Below, one piece after another: positions 34,475 through 49,000 of a stretch of DNA of 64,000 nucleotides. The stretch comes from Proteromonas lacertae (lineage: Eukaryota), in the NCBI GenBank assembly GCA_002245135.1, contig NGBS01001197.1, forward strand, positions 1 to 64,000, written 5' to 3'. The position numbers and the translations under genes were made by a program. Each line of letters starts with the position of its first letter. Positions within the stretch are counted from its first letter, which is position 1. The notes under the pieces were generated by a model. The model had not been told where the DNA came from, did no database searches, and saw only the letters and a list, made by a program, of their open reading frames with translations.

Positions 34475-36353
34475 TCAAGATATATTTATGAATGGAAATT
34501 TTGATTGATATTTGTTTCTAAAACTCAATTCATCAGGATTAAATTCTAAATATTTCAACTTCGGAATTTAAATCCATTTTTCATTATTGTATTTCTCATT
34601 TCATTATCTATTACAAAAATAACTATAACGTATATAATTATACAAATATCAGAAACACTTCCAATATAATTTTCATTTATTTCATTAACATATTTATTAC
34701 ATATTTCATTCACTTCTTCATTATCTATCTCATATACTTTCAAGTATTTATACATCTCTTCTTCACTTATTTCATTATATGATAAATATAAATCACTTAA
34801 TAATGTTAGTTTCAATAATGAGGAAGATAAATAGGAGAATAATTCATCATCTATTTCATTATTTCTCAAATTCAAATAATTAAGAGAATAAAGAGTTGAT
34901 AAATTTGATAGAAATAGTTTTAAACTGTTTTCATCTATTCGATAATCTATTTCAATATATAATAATATTAATATATACTTTGTAAAGTAAAAGATTTCAA
35001 CTCTTTTATATTATCAAATTTTATTGATAAATATTCCATACTTTCATCCAATTTGATTTCATTATTATCACATAATGATAAACTTTCAATTTTCTTCATC
35101 TTTATTAAATTATCACTTAAACATATTATATCTACATCTCGCAAATAACAATCAATCAATGATAATTTCGTTAGTTTAACAAGATAATGAATATTTTTAC
35201 ATATTATATAAATATAATGTGATAAGGGAAAATTAGATATTTCTAATTCTTTTAAACAAGATGATAATAAATAAATATTACTAAATATAAAGTAAATATT
35301 CTTTAAATTATTCATTTTAAATATAATAAGACTTTTATTATAATTAATTATTATACTTCTTAATTCATCATATAATCGTTTACTTCTACTCTCAATATAG
35401 TAAAATAGATTCGATAATGATATATGATGAATATCATTCTTTTCTATTAACAAATATAACTTTATGAAATATATTACATAATAATAATCTTTTGATATTT
35501 TATACATATTCATTATTTCTTTAAATATTATATCATTTATATCATTTATATATAAATTAGGAATGTATTCTATTTTATTCATTATTTTTAATATATTATC
35601 GATATCTGGAAATTCTTTCACTTTATTATTATTATTTAATAATGGAGATATTATCACTTTTATTTCATTTAAACTAATGTTTTTATATTTAAATATTCTA
35701 TCAAATAATTCTTCATATATTCTATATTCATTATCATTTATTTCATTCATTGGTAATTCTTTATAATTTCCACTATTTATATTTTCTATTAAATCATAAA
35801 TTGAACTATTATCATCAAATGGATTTGTATTATTTATACATAAGTATATTAAACATCCTGAATTCCATATATCACTTTTATAGGTTATTTCTTTATTATA
35901 TATTTGTTCTATACTATAATAACATTTCATTTCTTCATATGCCTTTATATTATACATACAATAATCACTTAATATTAATTCATTACATTTGCTTAGTAAT
36001 ATATTCGTTATCTTTATATTTCCATGTATTATACCATATGAATGCAATGATTGAAGATATGAACATAGATCTGTGATTAGAGTAGGAATAATTTCGAGTG
36101 ATAAAGGCAGCAATCCAATACTATCCATTCTATCACATGTCAATTCCAACATTTCATCATTAATACTAAATATATCATATTTTATCATTCCTTTTATGTT
36201 CCTGTAACGAATTAGTGACAAAGTCTCAATATACTTCAATACACATGCTCTATCTATTCTTTTAATATTGATTATTTTGATGTATTTTTTATTATCATCA
36301 TTCTTTCTTTTGTTAGTGTTTTTATTAACAACTGATTCTAATGAGGTTTTCAT
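34475..36353 (-). CDS. Pseudokinase + LRR protein (intact copy)
   Basis: IIHGNIKITNILL, LSDY, YYSIEQ, KSDIW (catalytic Asp and DFG lost), followed by LxxLxLxxNxI repeats; 3' introns. Confidence 0.82.
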
Positions 36354-36630
36354 ATCATATAAAGGTAATTTTGGTGGTAATTTACTAATGTAATGATTTT
36401 CTGTAAGAAGTAAACAAAATATGATGAGTTATAAACAATTATTCAAAATAGATAATCAAGCAAGACTTGATGAAATTTGGTGTTTTTTTTATTAAAATTT
36501 AAATTATCTATTTCTCATCAGTGAAGAGTTATGTAATATTATAATTATGTGAATAGTGATTATGGTGCTGAAATGAAAACAAATAGAGTTAATATGATAG
36601 TGAATGTTAATAATCGTGAAATATCAACCT

Positions 36631-37359
36631 TCATGGTTGACGTATGTTAGAACCTTTGAAGATATCTTGAATTTGATCGAATAATGATTTGATAGGTGTT
36701 TCTGGATCAGATCCTTTGTATTTGTAACAATAATCACACACAGTATCACAATGAGTGAAATAGTCATTCCTATCAGTATCAAAATCTATAGAAATATAAA
36801 TGAAAATATAATACCAATTCCACATTCGTCACATCTGTTACAATGAAATTCCTTTTTAATTGGTCTATAATGTTGCTAGAATAGAATATATAATATTTAT
36901 GAATACTACAGCCATTCTAAATGCTTGTACCTTTTTTGGATCTTTTAAAAGCCATTCAGATAATTGCTCATTTTGTGAATCTAATCTTTTCAAATCCTTA
37001 TTTTTAACCATTCTAGCTTTTGCATTAGAAAATCCAATGAACTCGACAGGAACCTTGTCTTCGAATGATTTTACTTCTGGATGTTGTTCTAAGTAGTTAA
37101 TTGGATTTAAAACTCTAATTAATGAAAACTTAGCAGAAACTTCATAAGATGGTATATACCATCCCATTCTACCAATATTCTTTAAAAGAAATGGTGAAAA
37201 TGTTTTAACAACAGCATAATTTGTGGCTTGAGGTGTTTTCTCCTTTTCTAGAGCAAATACAAGTGATTTTGCAGCTTCTGATACTGATGCTCTTATGCAT
37301 TTCAAAGGGATAATGCCTTTTCTATGTTTTCTGAAACAAATTGGACATTTATCCCCCAT
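36631..37359 (-). CDS. Small Cys-rich Zn-finger/PWWP-like protein (copy R)
   Basis: Mirror of 5169-5897. Confidence 0.6.
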
Positions 37360-37682
37360 AAACGTAGTTACTTTAACTTTTTGCTTAAATGTTGGTTGGA
37401 TGGTGATTCTTCTGCAATTGCGGAAGATGGCATGGTAAATTCTAAAATAATATTGATAATGTTATACTGTCTGATGGCATTAGTACGAGACTGTATAAAA
37501 GGAATAATCCTGCTGGGATTTGCGTCTAGAATATTTTTAGAACGATGTAACATATCATACTTTTATTGCGCGCCATTTTTTTTAAATTTTTTGAATTGCC
37601 CAATAGTTTAAAATTTTCAGTAAAATGGCATAAAAATAACAAAATATTATCATTATTATATAATTCTTACCATATTAATTAG

Positions 37683-40340
37683 TTATTCTAACTCCATGTT
37701 AAAACTAGGACAACTTTTACAAGGAGAAGATAATTCAGGTAATACAAACTGTCTCTTCTCAGGAGTAATTCCAGTAGGTACTATTATCTTATAACTTCGC
37801 ATAAAACTATCCATTTCACTTATTAACTCATTACATTTATCATTAAGACAATTACTAAATTCTTCAAATTCTATTGGTATTTCATTATATTGATCTAATA
37901 TTGTCCATCTGTTCAAATTATCAATACTTTCATTTATTTTATTCACATCTATATATTATATTATATTATATTATATATATACTATTATTGATTGTTTTAG
38001 AATTTTCAATTGAGTTTATATATTGATCATTTATATTCAATATATTCTCATAATTCATTTTATTATTTTCAAATTCATTCTTTATATTATTCATATATTT
38101 ATAAATTATTTCATTCTCCTTCTCATTTCTTATATCAAATGATTTCTTATAGTTTAAACTATTACTTTTTATTGAATTGATTTTATTAACTATCTTTTCT
38201 TCATCATTATCGATCTTTGTATTATAATTATTTATTATATTTTCACTCATTTCTTCTATTCCTATCCAAAATGAATCTTCTTCATTCTTTAAATCTTTCA
38301 TTCCTTCATTCATTGTGTCTAAAAGAGCTAATATCTTGTTTTCTTGTTTTGATTGAATATTTGTTAATTGTTTTTCATAATCATTCAACTTTTGATCAAA
38401 ATATTCTTTCTATTATAAAATATTAAATTTTATATTATATATACCAACTTATATATTGAGTTGATTATTTCATTTGAATCTTCTTTAAACCATTTTTCAT
38501 TGTTATTCGAAAAAGAATCATCTATTTCACTTCCTCTATATATTATTATTGATTCATTTAAATTCAATAAATTCGAGTTTATTTCATTTAATACATTCTT
38601 CACATTTACACTATATTTTATTATATTATCTTTCGTATTGTTACTTATTCGAGATATTTCAGATGATAAAACACACAAGTCTTGATTAATTGAACTTATC
38701 TCATTCTCACATGAATTACAAAATGATTTCATTTCATTACATATTAATTCATATTTGTTTTCTTCATTTTGATTGAAATTTTCAAGAAATGATCGAATTT
38801 CTTTGATTTTGTTTTTCATTTCATTTTGAAATATAGTCGTTTCAGATGTATTTTCTGTTAAAATTTCTAAGTCTTTATTGAATTTGTATTGTAATTTTTC
38901 TGTTTCATTTAATCTCAGTTTCTTTTCATTTTCTAAATTTTCAATCACATTGAAATATTCATTTCGTTTTATTTGATGACTGTTTATATGATTATCGATC
39001 TATTTTAGTATATAAATAAATAATATTATATAAATACATTTTCTTTCATATTATTCAACTCATTTTTCATATTTTCTTTATCATTTATCATGTTTCTCTT
39101 CTCATTTATCAGATTTTCTAATTTCTTCTTATTCTCTTCATATCTCCTTATCTTTTCATTCAATTCATTATATTCATCTTCTTTTATCAAAATTCCATTA
39201 TGATCTCGCTGTTGTTTTAATAATAATTGCAATTCATTGATTCTTTTACTATAATCTCGAATTTTTGCTTTATTCGTCTTCTTTTGATTGATTACAGGTC
39301 GATTTTTGATATTTTTTGCTTTCAAAGCATATTCTAAAGTGTTAATCTATTAAAATAATAATAATAATTATTATTATTATTTATATATATACAGATTCAT
39401 CTATTGAACTATAATCTCCACTTATTGTCGCTATTAAACAAGTCTTGGCTCGACCACCCAAAGATTCTTTCAATAATCGAGTCAAGTTACTATCTCGATA
39501 AGGAATATGTGATTTATTTTCTACTAATGAAGTTATTACTCTTCCCAATGTTAATAACGATTGATTTATCTTTTGACTTTCGCGAATTCGATCATTATTA
39601 TTTCCAACACCAGCTTTCATTACATTCTCACTTCCTGCTAAATCTACTAAATTCAATTTACCACTTTTCATTATTTCTTCTTCACTTGTATCACTTTGTT
39701 CTTTCATATTCAGTGTGATGGTAAAGATTGAATGAGATCGACTTGATTTTTCATTTAAAAGAGTTGTGGCTGTCATTCGATTTTCATTAGCTCGAATAAA
39801 TAGTTTCATTATTTCATTTAAGGAATTTACAGAAACTTCTTCTAAATTTTGACATATTACTCCTTTCTGACTATCATCTACAATTTTTAGATGATTTGAA
39901 GGAACTAGTAAGTCTCTCAATTCTTCTTTATAGATTTCAAGAAATGAGACTAAAATTTCATACTGTGTACCTGATTTTGTTAAGTTTGAAAGAATCATTT
40001 CTATACTTCTTGGGATGATTCCTTTATATTCTGAATCTAAAGGAACACCTTCCATTGTAAAAGTTTTTCCTGTTCCTGTCTGACCATAGGCAAATATGGT
40101 GCAGTTAAAACCATTCAATACATCGTTTATTAAATCATATGCTACACCGTTGAATACTTCTTCTTGTGTTGTATCGATTCCAAATACTTTATCGTAATGA
40201 TAGGATCTACGTTGTCTATTTTGAATTACAGACACTGTTTTAGATAATTCATCACATTCTATTAAACCTCTTGTAGAAGAATCCATCTCTCTTTCATTCA
40301 AAGGCCTACATCTCACAGCAACTTCAATATTTGAATACAT
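37683..40340 (-). CDS. KIF11: Kinesin-5 (BimC/Eg5 family), copy R
   Basis: Mirror of 2171-4844; 2 aa differences in the 319-aa motor ORF. Confidence 0.93.
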
Positions 40341-40367
40341 GATGAGAAATGATTTTTAAAAATTCAA

Positions 40368-40682
40368 AATATTCTATACTATTAATAAATGCTAATTTTT
40401 GAAAAATTTCATGTCCGAACTTAGCTCAGTTGGAAGAGCAACAGACTGTAGAAAGAGAATTGTAATCTGTGGGTCGCTGGTTCGATCCCGGCAGTTCGGA
40501 TTTCTTTTTTACTTTTATCTCTTTTTCTTCTATTATTTTGTTCTATATTATATCATAAATAGTTATACAATGCAAAGCAATATATTTTGCACATACAAAA
40601 CAATATTAATATTCTTTCTGTCAATTAAAAACAAAAAAAGAAAAATAATTCAAAAATAAATTCGTTTCAAATTTAAATCTTT
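40368..40682. repeat. tRNA-Tyr module, direct repeat copy R2
   Basis: Direct repeat of 41856-42174. Confidence 0.9.
40415..40500 (+). tRNA. trnY-GUA: tRNA-Tyr(GUA) with 13-nt intron
   Basis: Same cloverleaf as the left copies; intron AAAGAGAATTGTA. Confidence 0.97.
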
Positions 40683-40689
40683 TGAAAAT

Positions 40690-41824
40690 ATGGCAAATAG
40701 AAATGGAAGTGATGAACAAAATACATCAAATTATTTGGATGTTGTTCCAAAAGAATTAAATGGTGAAAATACTACTGTGTATATTTATAATACTGACAAA
40801 ATGAATGAGGAACAGAAAAAATATATGAGATGGGAAGTATTATTATATTTATATTAATATAAAAAATAGAAAGAAATATTATCAAATACCAACTGTAGAT
40901 ATATTCTTCATTGTATTAAAACCGAAATTACCGGTAATGAATGTAAACTTTATGTAGAAAACTTCACACAAAATAATTTATCAGAATATATAAGAATGAC
41001 AAGAATAAAAAACAAAAGATTTAAAGAATCTGTATTACTATTTACCATAATTTTATAAATAGACAATAAAACGATGTTTAGCTAATTTAGCACAAGGATT
41101 ATGCTATCTTCATACAGAACGACCTGATGGTTCACACATTATAAATAGAAATCTAACACCAGAGAATATCAAAAGATCTTTAAGTGGTGAATTTGTAATT
41201 GGTGATTTTCATATAGCTAGACCTTATAACAGTGAAAGTTCATTAATTTTATCAAATGATCCACAAAAACTGAGAAATGTAGTAGTTCCACAAGTTAAAG
41301 AAGGTAATGATGATTATCATTCTGAAGAAGATGAAGAAAATGATGATGATGATACAATAGAAGAAGAGAAAAATAATATTAAACAGAAATCACATACAAT
41401 AGATATAGCAAAACTACCAAATTATAGTGCTCCAGAAATAGGTGATGATAAATATGATGCTAAAGTGGATATGTGGAGTTTAGGCTGCATTATATACGAA
41501 ATGTGCACTTTAAAAGCTCCTTACACTAACAATCAACATGAAAGACATAAAATGATTAAAAGGGAAGATAGAAATATGGAAGAAAGTAAATTATGTGCAA
41601 TTCCAAAAATGTATTCGAAAGATTTGAATGATATAATAAATAAATTGATTAAATTTAATCCTGATGAAAGATTAAGTAGTAGAGAGTTGATGGAAATGCC
41701 TTATGTTAAGAGTTATATAGATACAGATTTTGGTAGAAACGATAATAGTAAAATGCTGGAAAATATTAGAGATTTGTTATTTGATGATCATAAGAAAGGT
41801 GAATGTAAAGAATCTTATAAGTAA
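40690..41824 (+). CDS. NEK-like pseudokinase (copy R)
   Basis: MANRNGS..., two introns, NRNLTPEN, GDFH, YSAPE, DMWSLG. Confidence 0.85.
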
Positions 41825-41855
41825 TATAATGTAAAAGAGTAGATAAATTGTTTTT

Positions 41856-42174
41856 AATGTTCTATGCTATTAATAAATGCTAATTTTTGAAAAATTTCAT
41901 GTCCGAACTTAGCTCAGTTGGAAGAGCAACAGACTGTAGAAAGAGAATTGTAATCTGTGGGTCGCTGGTTCGATCCCGGCAGTTCGGATTTCTTTTTTAC
42001 TTTTATCTCTTTTTCTTCTATTATTTTGTTCTATATTATATCATAAATAGTTATACAATGCAAAGTAATATATTTTACGCGTATAAAACAATATTAATAT
42101 GCTTTATATCAATCAGAAACAAAAAAAGAAAAATAATTCAAAAATAAATTCGTTTCATAGAAATTTAAATCTTT
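41856..42174. repeat. tRNA-Tyr module, direct repeat copy R1
   Basis: Direct repeat of 40368-40682. Confidence 0.9.
41903..41988 (+). tRNA. trnY-GUA: tRNA-Tyr(GUA) with 13-nt intron
   Basis: Identical to 40415-40500. Confidence 0.97.
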
Positions 42175-42189
42175 GATTATTTTGCTTCA

Positions 42190-43285
42190 ATGAATAAACA
42201 TCAATTTTATAACTACAATGTTGTTCCACTTGTATATATTTTCTTTGTTTTATTGATTTAATTAGTACAATAAAGTCAATTATCAACCAAATGACGGTAC
42301 TGTTTGCTATAAATTCGTCCAAGCAGAAAAACAAAAGCATGATGTTTTAGTTGATGAAAGATTGACAGAAATGGTGCAAGACAGCAGTGACAAAATTTCT
42401 AGATTACAAGAGACTATATCAAACTATGAATATGAAGTAATTGTAATGAAAAATGACATTAGCAAATACAAAGCAGAAATTGATAATTCTAATGCCATAA
42501 TTGAAAGCTTAAGATCAGAATTGAAGATTAATAAGAAAAGAGCATATGAAAATGAGAGATCATTGAAAGAACAATTGCAACAATTAAAACAAGACTATGA
42601 AGCAGCTTTAACACACACAAATTACTCTCAAAAGCCAATTCAACCAGTAAAGAGTGAATCAAATGAATTAAATCTAAAAATAAACGATTTAGAAAGTCAA
42701 TTAAGTGAATGGAAGCAATTTAGTTATGATAAAGAAATCGATTTAAAAGATTACAAGTATTTGAATGAGAAACAAGGAAAAGAATTGGTAGAATTAGAAA
42801 AGAAGTATAATGACTTATTAAAACAACAACAAAATACTCAAAATCAACCGAATAACCATGATAATAATGAAAATAGTCAGATAATTCACACTGAAATGAA
42901 TATTCCTTCAACACCAACAGATTCAACAATAACAACAACGACAAATATAATTAAAGGACCAGAGCCTCAATCAGAAATTATAATAAACGAACCTGTCAAT
43001 ATTCCAACCAATGAAAATATAGAGAATGTAATTACATCATCTACAACTATTATTCCAAAAGACAATGAGAATAATAAAGAAAATAGAAATGGAGAAGATG
43101 AAGGAAATGATAATGATAATGATAATGAAAAGAAAGAATTAAAGGAGAAGATAAGGGAACAAGAATTAATTATTGCAGAGTTGAGAGAAAAGTTATCTAA
43201 GAATGAAGTTAATGAATCGATAGTGAAAGAATATGAGAATGAGATTGAAGTATTACAAAGTTCAATTTTATCTTTATATATGTAA
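42190..43285 (+). CDS. Coiled-coil protein of unknown function
   Basis: 307-aa ORF extended upstream through one short intron to the ATG at 42190; heptad-rich. Confidence 0.7.
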
Positions 43286-43432
43286 TATTAACTCTGTTTA
43301 TCAATATTAAATTATTTGATATAGAGTATATAATGTATATTTGAAATGTTTTGTTTGTTTATATAAATGTAAAAATGAAAAATAGTATTTAGATTAATAA
43401 ATAATTAAAAAATGAGAATAGAATAGAATTAA

Positions 43433-44928
43433 TTATTGTTGTAATAAAGGCATTATTTCATATGGTGAACAACCAGAATCAATCATTTCTTTAAGTGATT
43501 CTAATGTAATACATACATCAGAACTAAAAGTCTCTATTCTATTGATTAATTCTGATTCTGATAAATGTAAAAAATTGGAAATATAGGATGTATATTGTGA
43601 TAATTTTATTTGTCTTTTCACTTCTTCTACATGTTTCTATTTATTATTAATAATAAATAACGATAATATAAATATACTATAGCTTCATCCAACATTGCAT
43701 CATCTTCATCATCATTCTCATTATTATCTTCATTTGATTTGTTTATTGTCTTTTTCTTCTTATTCTTCTTTTTTCTATTCTTCTTTTGATTTTGTTGATT
43801 TGTAATGTGAGTTTTATTTTCTTCAACATTTACTTCATCATTTTTATCATCATCTTCTTTCTTTTCAACTACTTCTTCAACTTGTTCATTTTCTATTTTA
43901 TCGCTGTTACTCTCTTTTTCTTCTCTATTTTCCTCTTCTTTTTCTTTTACTTCTTCAACTATTTCTTCTTCATCCTTTTTCTTATTATTTTCTTCATCTT
44001 TATCACTTACTGTTGTTTCTTTATCTTCAACAGTTATTGTTGTTAAATTATTATATATTCTCATCACTTCATCAAGTGTAGGTCGATAAGTATTCATTGG
44101 AACATTTTTAACTCTAATATCATTCTTATTTAATAATGGAGAATCTCCAACCAATAGATTTTGATTATTCTTTGTAACGCATATAAATATATGACTACAC
44201 AAATCTAAATCATTTGACCAATTATCTAATGTATCTTGAATTTGTTCTTTTAATATTTTTTCATTATTTCTTCGTATTTGAGCTCCCATACTATTAGCTT
44301 TTCCAGTTGTTTTATCTTTTTTACTTTGACTTCCTCCTTGTTTTCGTCTTGTAGTATATCTTCTTAATGAAATATGTTTTAAGAATTTTCCATTTTCTAT
44401 TATTCCTGCTGAAAAGTAACCTGATCTAAACATAAAAATAGCAAAATGACAGGATTTGTTTATTGTAAAGAGATTATTGATATCTTCTACTTTTTGTTCT
44501 GGTGTATCTGCATGAAGTAATAATGCTTTATAGAACTTTATATTGAATTTGTTAGTTATTAATAACATTCTTGGATCATTTTTGATTAACAATTCTTCTT
44601 CATCAGAAGAACTACTAGAATCACTTTCTTCTAGTATTAATAATTTCTGTTCTTCTGTTAGTTTCTGGAATTCTTCAAAAGAAACTCTTGGTGAATGATG
44701 CATTTTTAATTGAATATTAAAATTATGGAATTCAGATTGATAATGTGATTTATTTTCACACTGGATGTAACAGGTTCGACAATACTCAACATGCTTGTTG
44801 AATACTGGTTCAGTTATTGTTTCTAACTTTGTCAATTTACTTTCATGAAGAATTTCACTTTTTATTGATGATAATATTGATTCTAAAGTTGCTCCTTCGA
44901 GAGAAAACAAAGAAATATTTTTATTCAT
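43433..44928 (-). CDS. ANKZF1: Vms1/ANKZF1 peptidyl-tRNA release (VLRF1) protein
   Basis: C2H2 finger CRTC..HYQSEFHNFN; SGYFSAGI; RYTTRRKQGGSQS; SMGAQIRRNNE; RPTLDEV. One 3' intron. Confidence 0.92.
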
Positions 44929-44979
44929 TTTGCTTGACTTGACAAACCTTACAAAATTTGTTAAATTTATTTTTCTGTA

Positions 44980-45431
44980 AAGATAAATTGTAAAATGATA
45001 TAATAAACAAGTTATAACAGTAAAGTATTATAATAATTCTAGTAATATTCCATTTCTTCATTTGTCCATAATGAACTATTAAATCTTTGAATGGATATTC
45101 TTTTTCTAATAATAAAAATGGTAAATATTTTTCGATTCTATTATGTAATTTTCCAAACACATTATTCCACCAGAATTTATATTATTATCACTTATATCAA
45201 GTTTATATATTATATCATGAATATTCCTTCATATATCACATTAGAACTCTTCAGATTACTTATCATTAATCCATATTCATCCAATATCATCAAAATATAA
45301 CATATATTACACATCATATTAAAGATATCACTGTTTAATAAGGATTTACTTTGAATCAATAAAAACACTTCAATATTACAGGACAACATTGAAGAAAATA
45401 CATCATCTACAAAAGATTTTAAGCAAAACAT
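44980..45431 (-). pseudogene. Decayed kinase-like relic
   Basis: LMILDEYGLMISNLKSSNVI resembles the kinase alphaE/catalytic loop, followed by multiple stops. Confidence 0.5.
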
Positions 45432-46019
45432 TACTCAAACTTGTTTGACCTTTAAAATATTTAGTCGTTTCACATTTTATGAGTTAAGAATAATTTTAAC
45501 TCATTTATTGGTAGAAATAGGTATAATGACATATATACAATAGTTTATGTAAAAAAATGGTGTTATGCAAAACAAGTCAATTGTCTGTCATTTCACTCAA
45601 TAAACACTTAGTAACTAATAAAAAGCTAAATAAAGTATTTGGATATGAATTTATTAACATATACAACTAATTCTTTTCTTTATTGAGAATTGGAATCATT
45701 TTTATTACACTATTAGATTAAAGCATATTTCATTCATTCTATATATAGTTTATAATCTTATTCTTATACAGCTATTTACACTATATAAAATTTGGTGAAA
45801 ATATTTCTAGTTTAATAGTTTAATTCATCAATTTATGCTAAAATCTGATTTAAAACTGTGAAAATTTCTTAATATTCCTTTTATATCAAAAATGCATTTT
45901 AAAACCAAGCAAGCCTTGGGCTTGAATCCATATTTCCTTTTAAATTATCACTTGATCTTCCAATTTTATTAGTACATTTCAGATAGTCTTGAAAGTATTT
46001 GTGCTGTTAGAATCGAAAA

Positions 46020-49000
46020 ATGACAGAAAATACTGTATGTTTATAACTTTTACTTAGATTAGCCGGATAAAGAAGAACAATATAAAAAGCTTGCCCAGGC
46101 AGCAAAGCTATTGAAAGCCAAGCTTGAAAAGAGTAAAGAAGAGATAGAAAGTTTGAAAAAGAGTATAATGTTTATTTTATATTCTGAATAGAGTTATTGA
46201 ATGAAGTATACTGATTTTTATCCAATTATTAGGATCAACTTAAAAATTTGAAAGACTCATTAACACATAGTTTAGTTTACTGTGAAAGTATGCTTGAGGT
46301 GTTTGAAGTATATTAATTATATTCTAATAAAAATTATAGTTAAATAAAGATAAGTTTCTGGACGTTAATCCACTTCAATCAGAAGATGAAAACCCGTTTG
46401 AGTTACTGTTTATTAACGTACAGCAAGTATAATCAATATAGAATTAATTTATATACTAGATGCAAAGTCAGAATAAAATATGCATAGAAATGATTGATAA
46501 TACAAAATTACTATCACCAAAAGATTCAGATGCTCCTTCACCTATTAAAAAGGAGGATAGTGACTTGGATTTATCCTTTGAAGATAAAAGTGTAATGGTA
46601 TACATCACTAATATTATATAAATATTAATATACAAAATAGTCGCCAGAAATAAGTGGAATAAACAAAAACTCTTTGTTACTCGATAGTATGTTGAGAAAA
46701 TTAAATAGAATCAAGAGAAATAATGTATATATTATGTTTATATATATATATGCTTATATAGGAGATTAATAAGAAGTCTTTAAATGAAATAAAGCAAATC
46801 AAAAAAGCAATGGTAGATGGTGGTGAAGACATTGATGAGTTAAACATTACATTAGATTCCACTTCATATGATGATATTAACGATTTAAGAATATCTAAAC
46901 AAGAGCTAGAAAAAGAGTTAGAAATGATAAAGAAAGAAAATGAAGAATTACACTTGAAATTAGAAGAAAAAGGAAGAGAAGGCTGGGAAGATGCAAATAT
47001 ATCATTTAATGATGATCATAATGATAGTAATAAATCCAAAGAGATTGAAGAATTAAAGAAAGAAATAGAAGAATTGAAAATACAGAATTCAGAGTTAAAT
47101 GATGATCAACATGCTGCTGAATTAGAAGAATTGAAGAAAGAGATTGAGGAGTTGAAGAATAGTAAATTGGAGTTAGAAACTAGTAATAATGATGTGAAAT
47201 CTGAATTGGAAAGTGTCCAGGAAGCTAAGAAGATGATTGAAAATGAATTGGAACAGTTAAAACAATCTAATAATAATAGTGAAAAAGATAATGAAATAAA
47301 CAGTTTAAAGAGTCAAATTGAGGAAATGAATAACAGTAAATCTGAATTAGAAAAACAAATCGAAGAATTGAAACAATCCAAAGAAACTATTAGTAATGAA
47401 AAGGAAATTGAAATAAACAATTTAAAATCTCAAATAGAAGAATTAACTAACAATAAATCTGAATTAGAGAAGCAAATAGAAGATCTAAAACAATCTAATG
47501 AAAATGATGAAAACACTGAAATTCAGAATCTAAATACTCAAGTTGAAGAATTAAACAATAGAAAAGCTGAGTTGGAGAAGGAAGTAGAAGAATTGAAACA
47601 ATCCAATGAAAATATCAATAGTGAAAAAGACAATGAAATTAGCAATCTAAAGAGTGAAATATCTGAATTAGAAAAGCAAATTGAGGAATTAAAACAATCT
47701 AATGAAAATAACATTACTGAAAGAGATGGTGAAATTAACAATTTGAAAACTCAACTCGAAGAATTAAATAACAATAAATCTGAATTAGAAAAGGAGGTTG
47801 AAGAATTAAAGCAAAGCTCTAGTGGTAATGATGAAAAGGATGTTGAAATTCAAACTCTCAAATCTCAAATAGAAGAATTAAACAATAAAAAAGAAGAATT
47901 AGAAAAAGAAGTAGAAGAATTGAAACAATCGAATGAAAATAACATTATTGAAAGAGATGGTGAAATTAGCAATTTGAAGACTCAAATAGAAGAGTTGAAT
48001 AACAATAAATCTGAATTAGAAAAACAAATAGAGGAATTAAAACAATCGAATTCTAATGGTGAAAGTGAAAAAGATAGTGAAATTCAGAATCTCAAATCTC
48101 AACTTGAAGAATTGAATAATGGTAAGATGGAAATGGAGAAACAACTCGAAGAAATGAAACAGAATAATGAAAACAGCATCACTGAGAAAGACAATGAAAT
48201 AAACAATTTAAAGATTCAACTCGAAGAAATAACCAAAACAAAAGAAGAAGAAATATCTCAAATCAAATCTCAAATCGAAGAATTAAACTCACAAAAATCC
48301 CAACTCGAATCTGAACTTGAAACTTTACGAAATAATCAAAAAGATCAAATAGAAGAAGAAGAAGGAGGAGGTGAAAGTGATAAAGAAAAGGAAATAGAAA
48401 TAACTGATTTAAGAAACGAATTAGATGCAATAAAATCCTCTAAAAATGAACTGGAAGATCATCTACAAAAGGTTCAATTAGATTATGATGAATTAAAATC
48501 ATCATTTGAACAAGAGAAATACCAAAAAGAGCAAGAAGTTATAGCTGCTAATACAAAGTATGAAGAAATCTTAAATATGAAGAAAGATTTAGAGAGTGAA
48601 ATAGAATCTTTAAAATCAGATGCAAAAGCAGCAGTAGAAGAAAAGAACTTAGAATTGAATAATTTGAAGAAAGAAATAAACAATTTATTAGAAGAAAAAT
48701 CAAAGTTAGAAAATAGATTAGAAGGCACAGCTGTAGAAATAGAAACATTGAAATCTGGTAAATCAGAAGATGAAATAAATAAAAATGAAGTGATAAACCA
48801 AATGATGAGTACTAATAGCGATTTAACAGTGAAATATGAGACAATACAGAAGGAGTTAGAGGAAGTAAAGAGTAATGTAAATAGTGTAGAAGAAACTAGT
48901 GGTGTTAGTAATGGTGAAAATAATAATAATAATGAGAATGAGATTAATGAAATGAGAATGAAGATTGAAGAGTTGAATAATAGTAAGATTGAATTAGAGA

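Larger units (their letters stand above)
24964..42513. repeat. Right arm of the giant inverted duplication (true end lies beyond what the window can show)
   Basis: Reverse complement of 1-19467 minus the transposon. Confidence 0.97.

Noticed and set aside
45432..46019. Unusually long intergenic stretch as a possible ncRNA
   Set aside because: No recognisable structure, GC enrichment or RNA motif.
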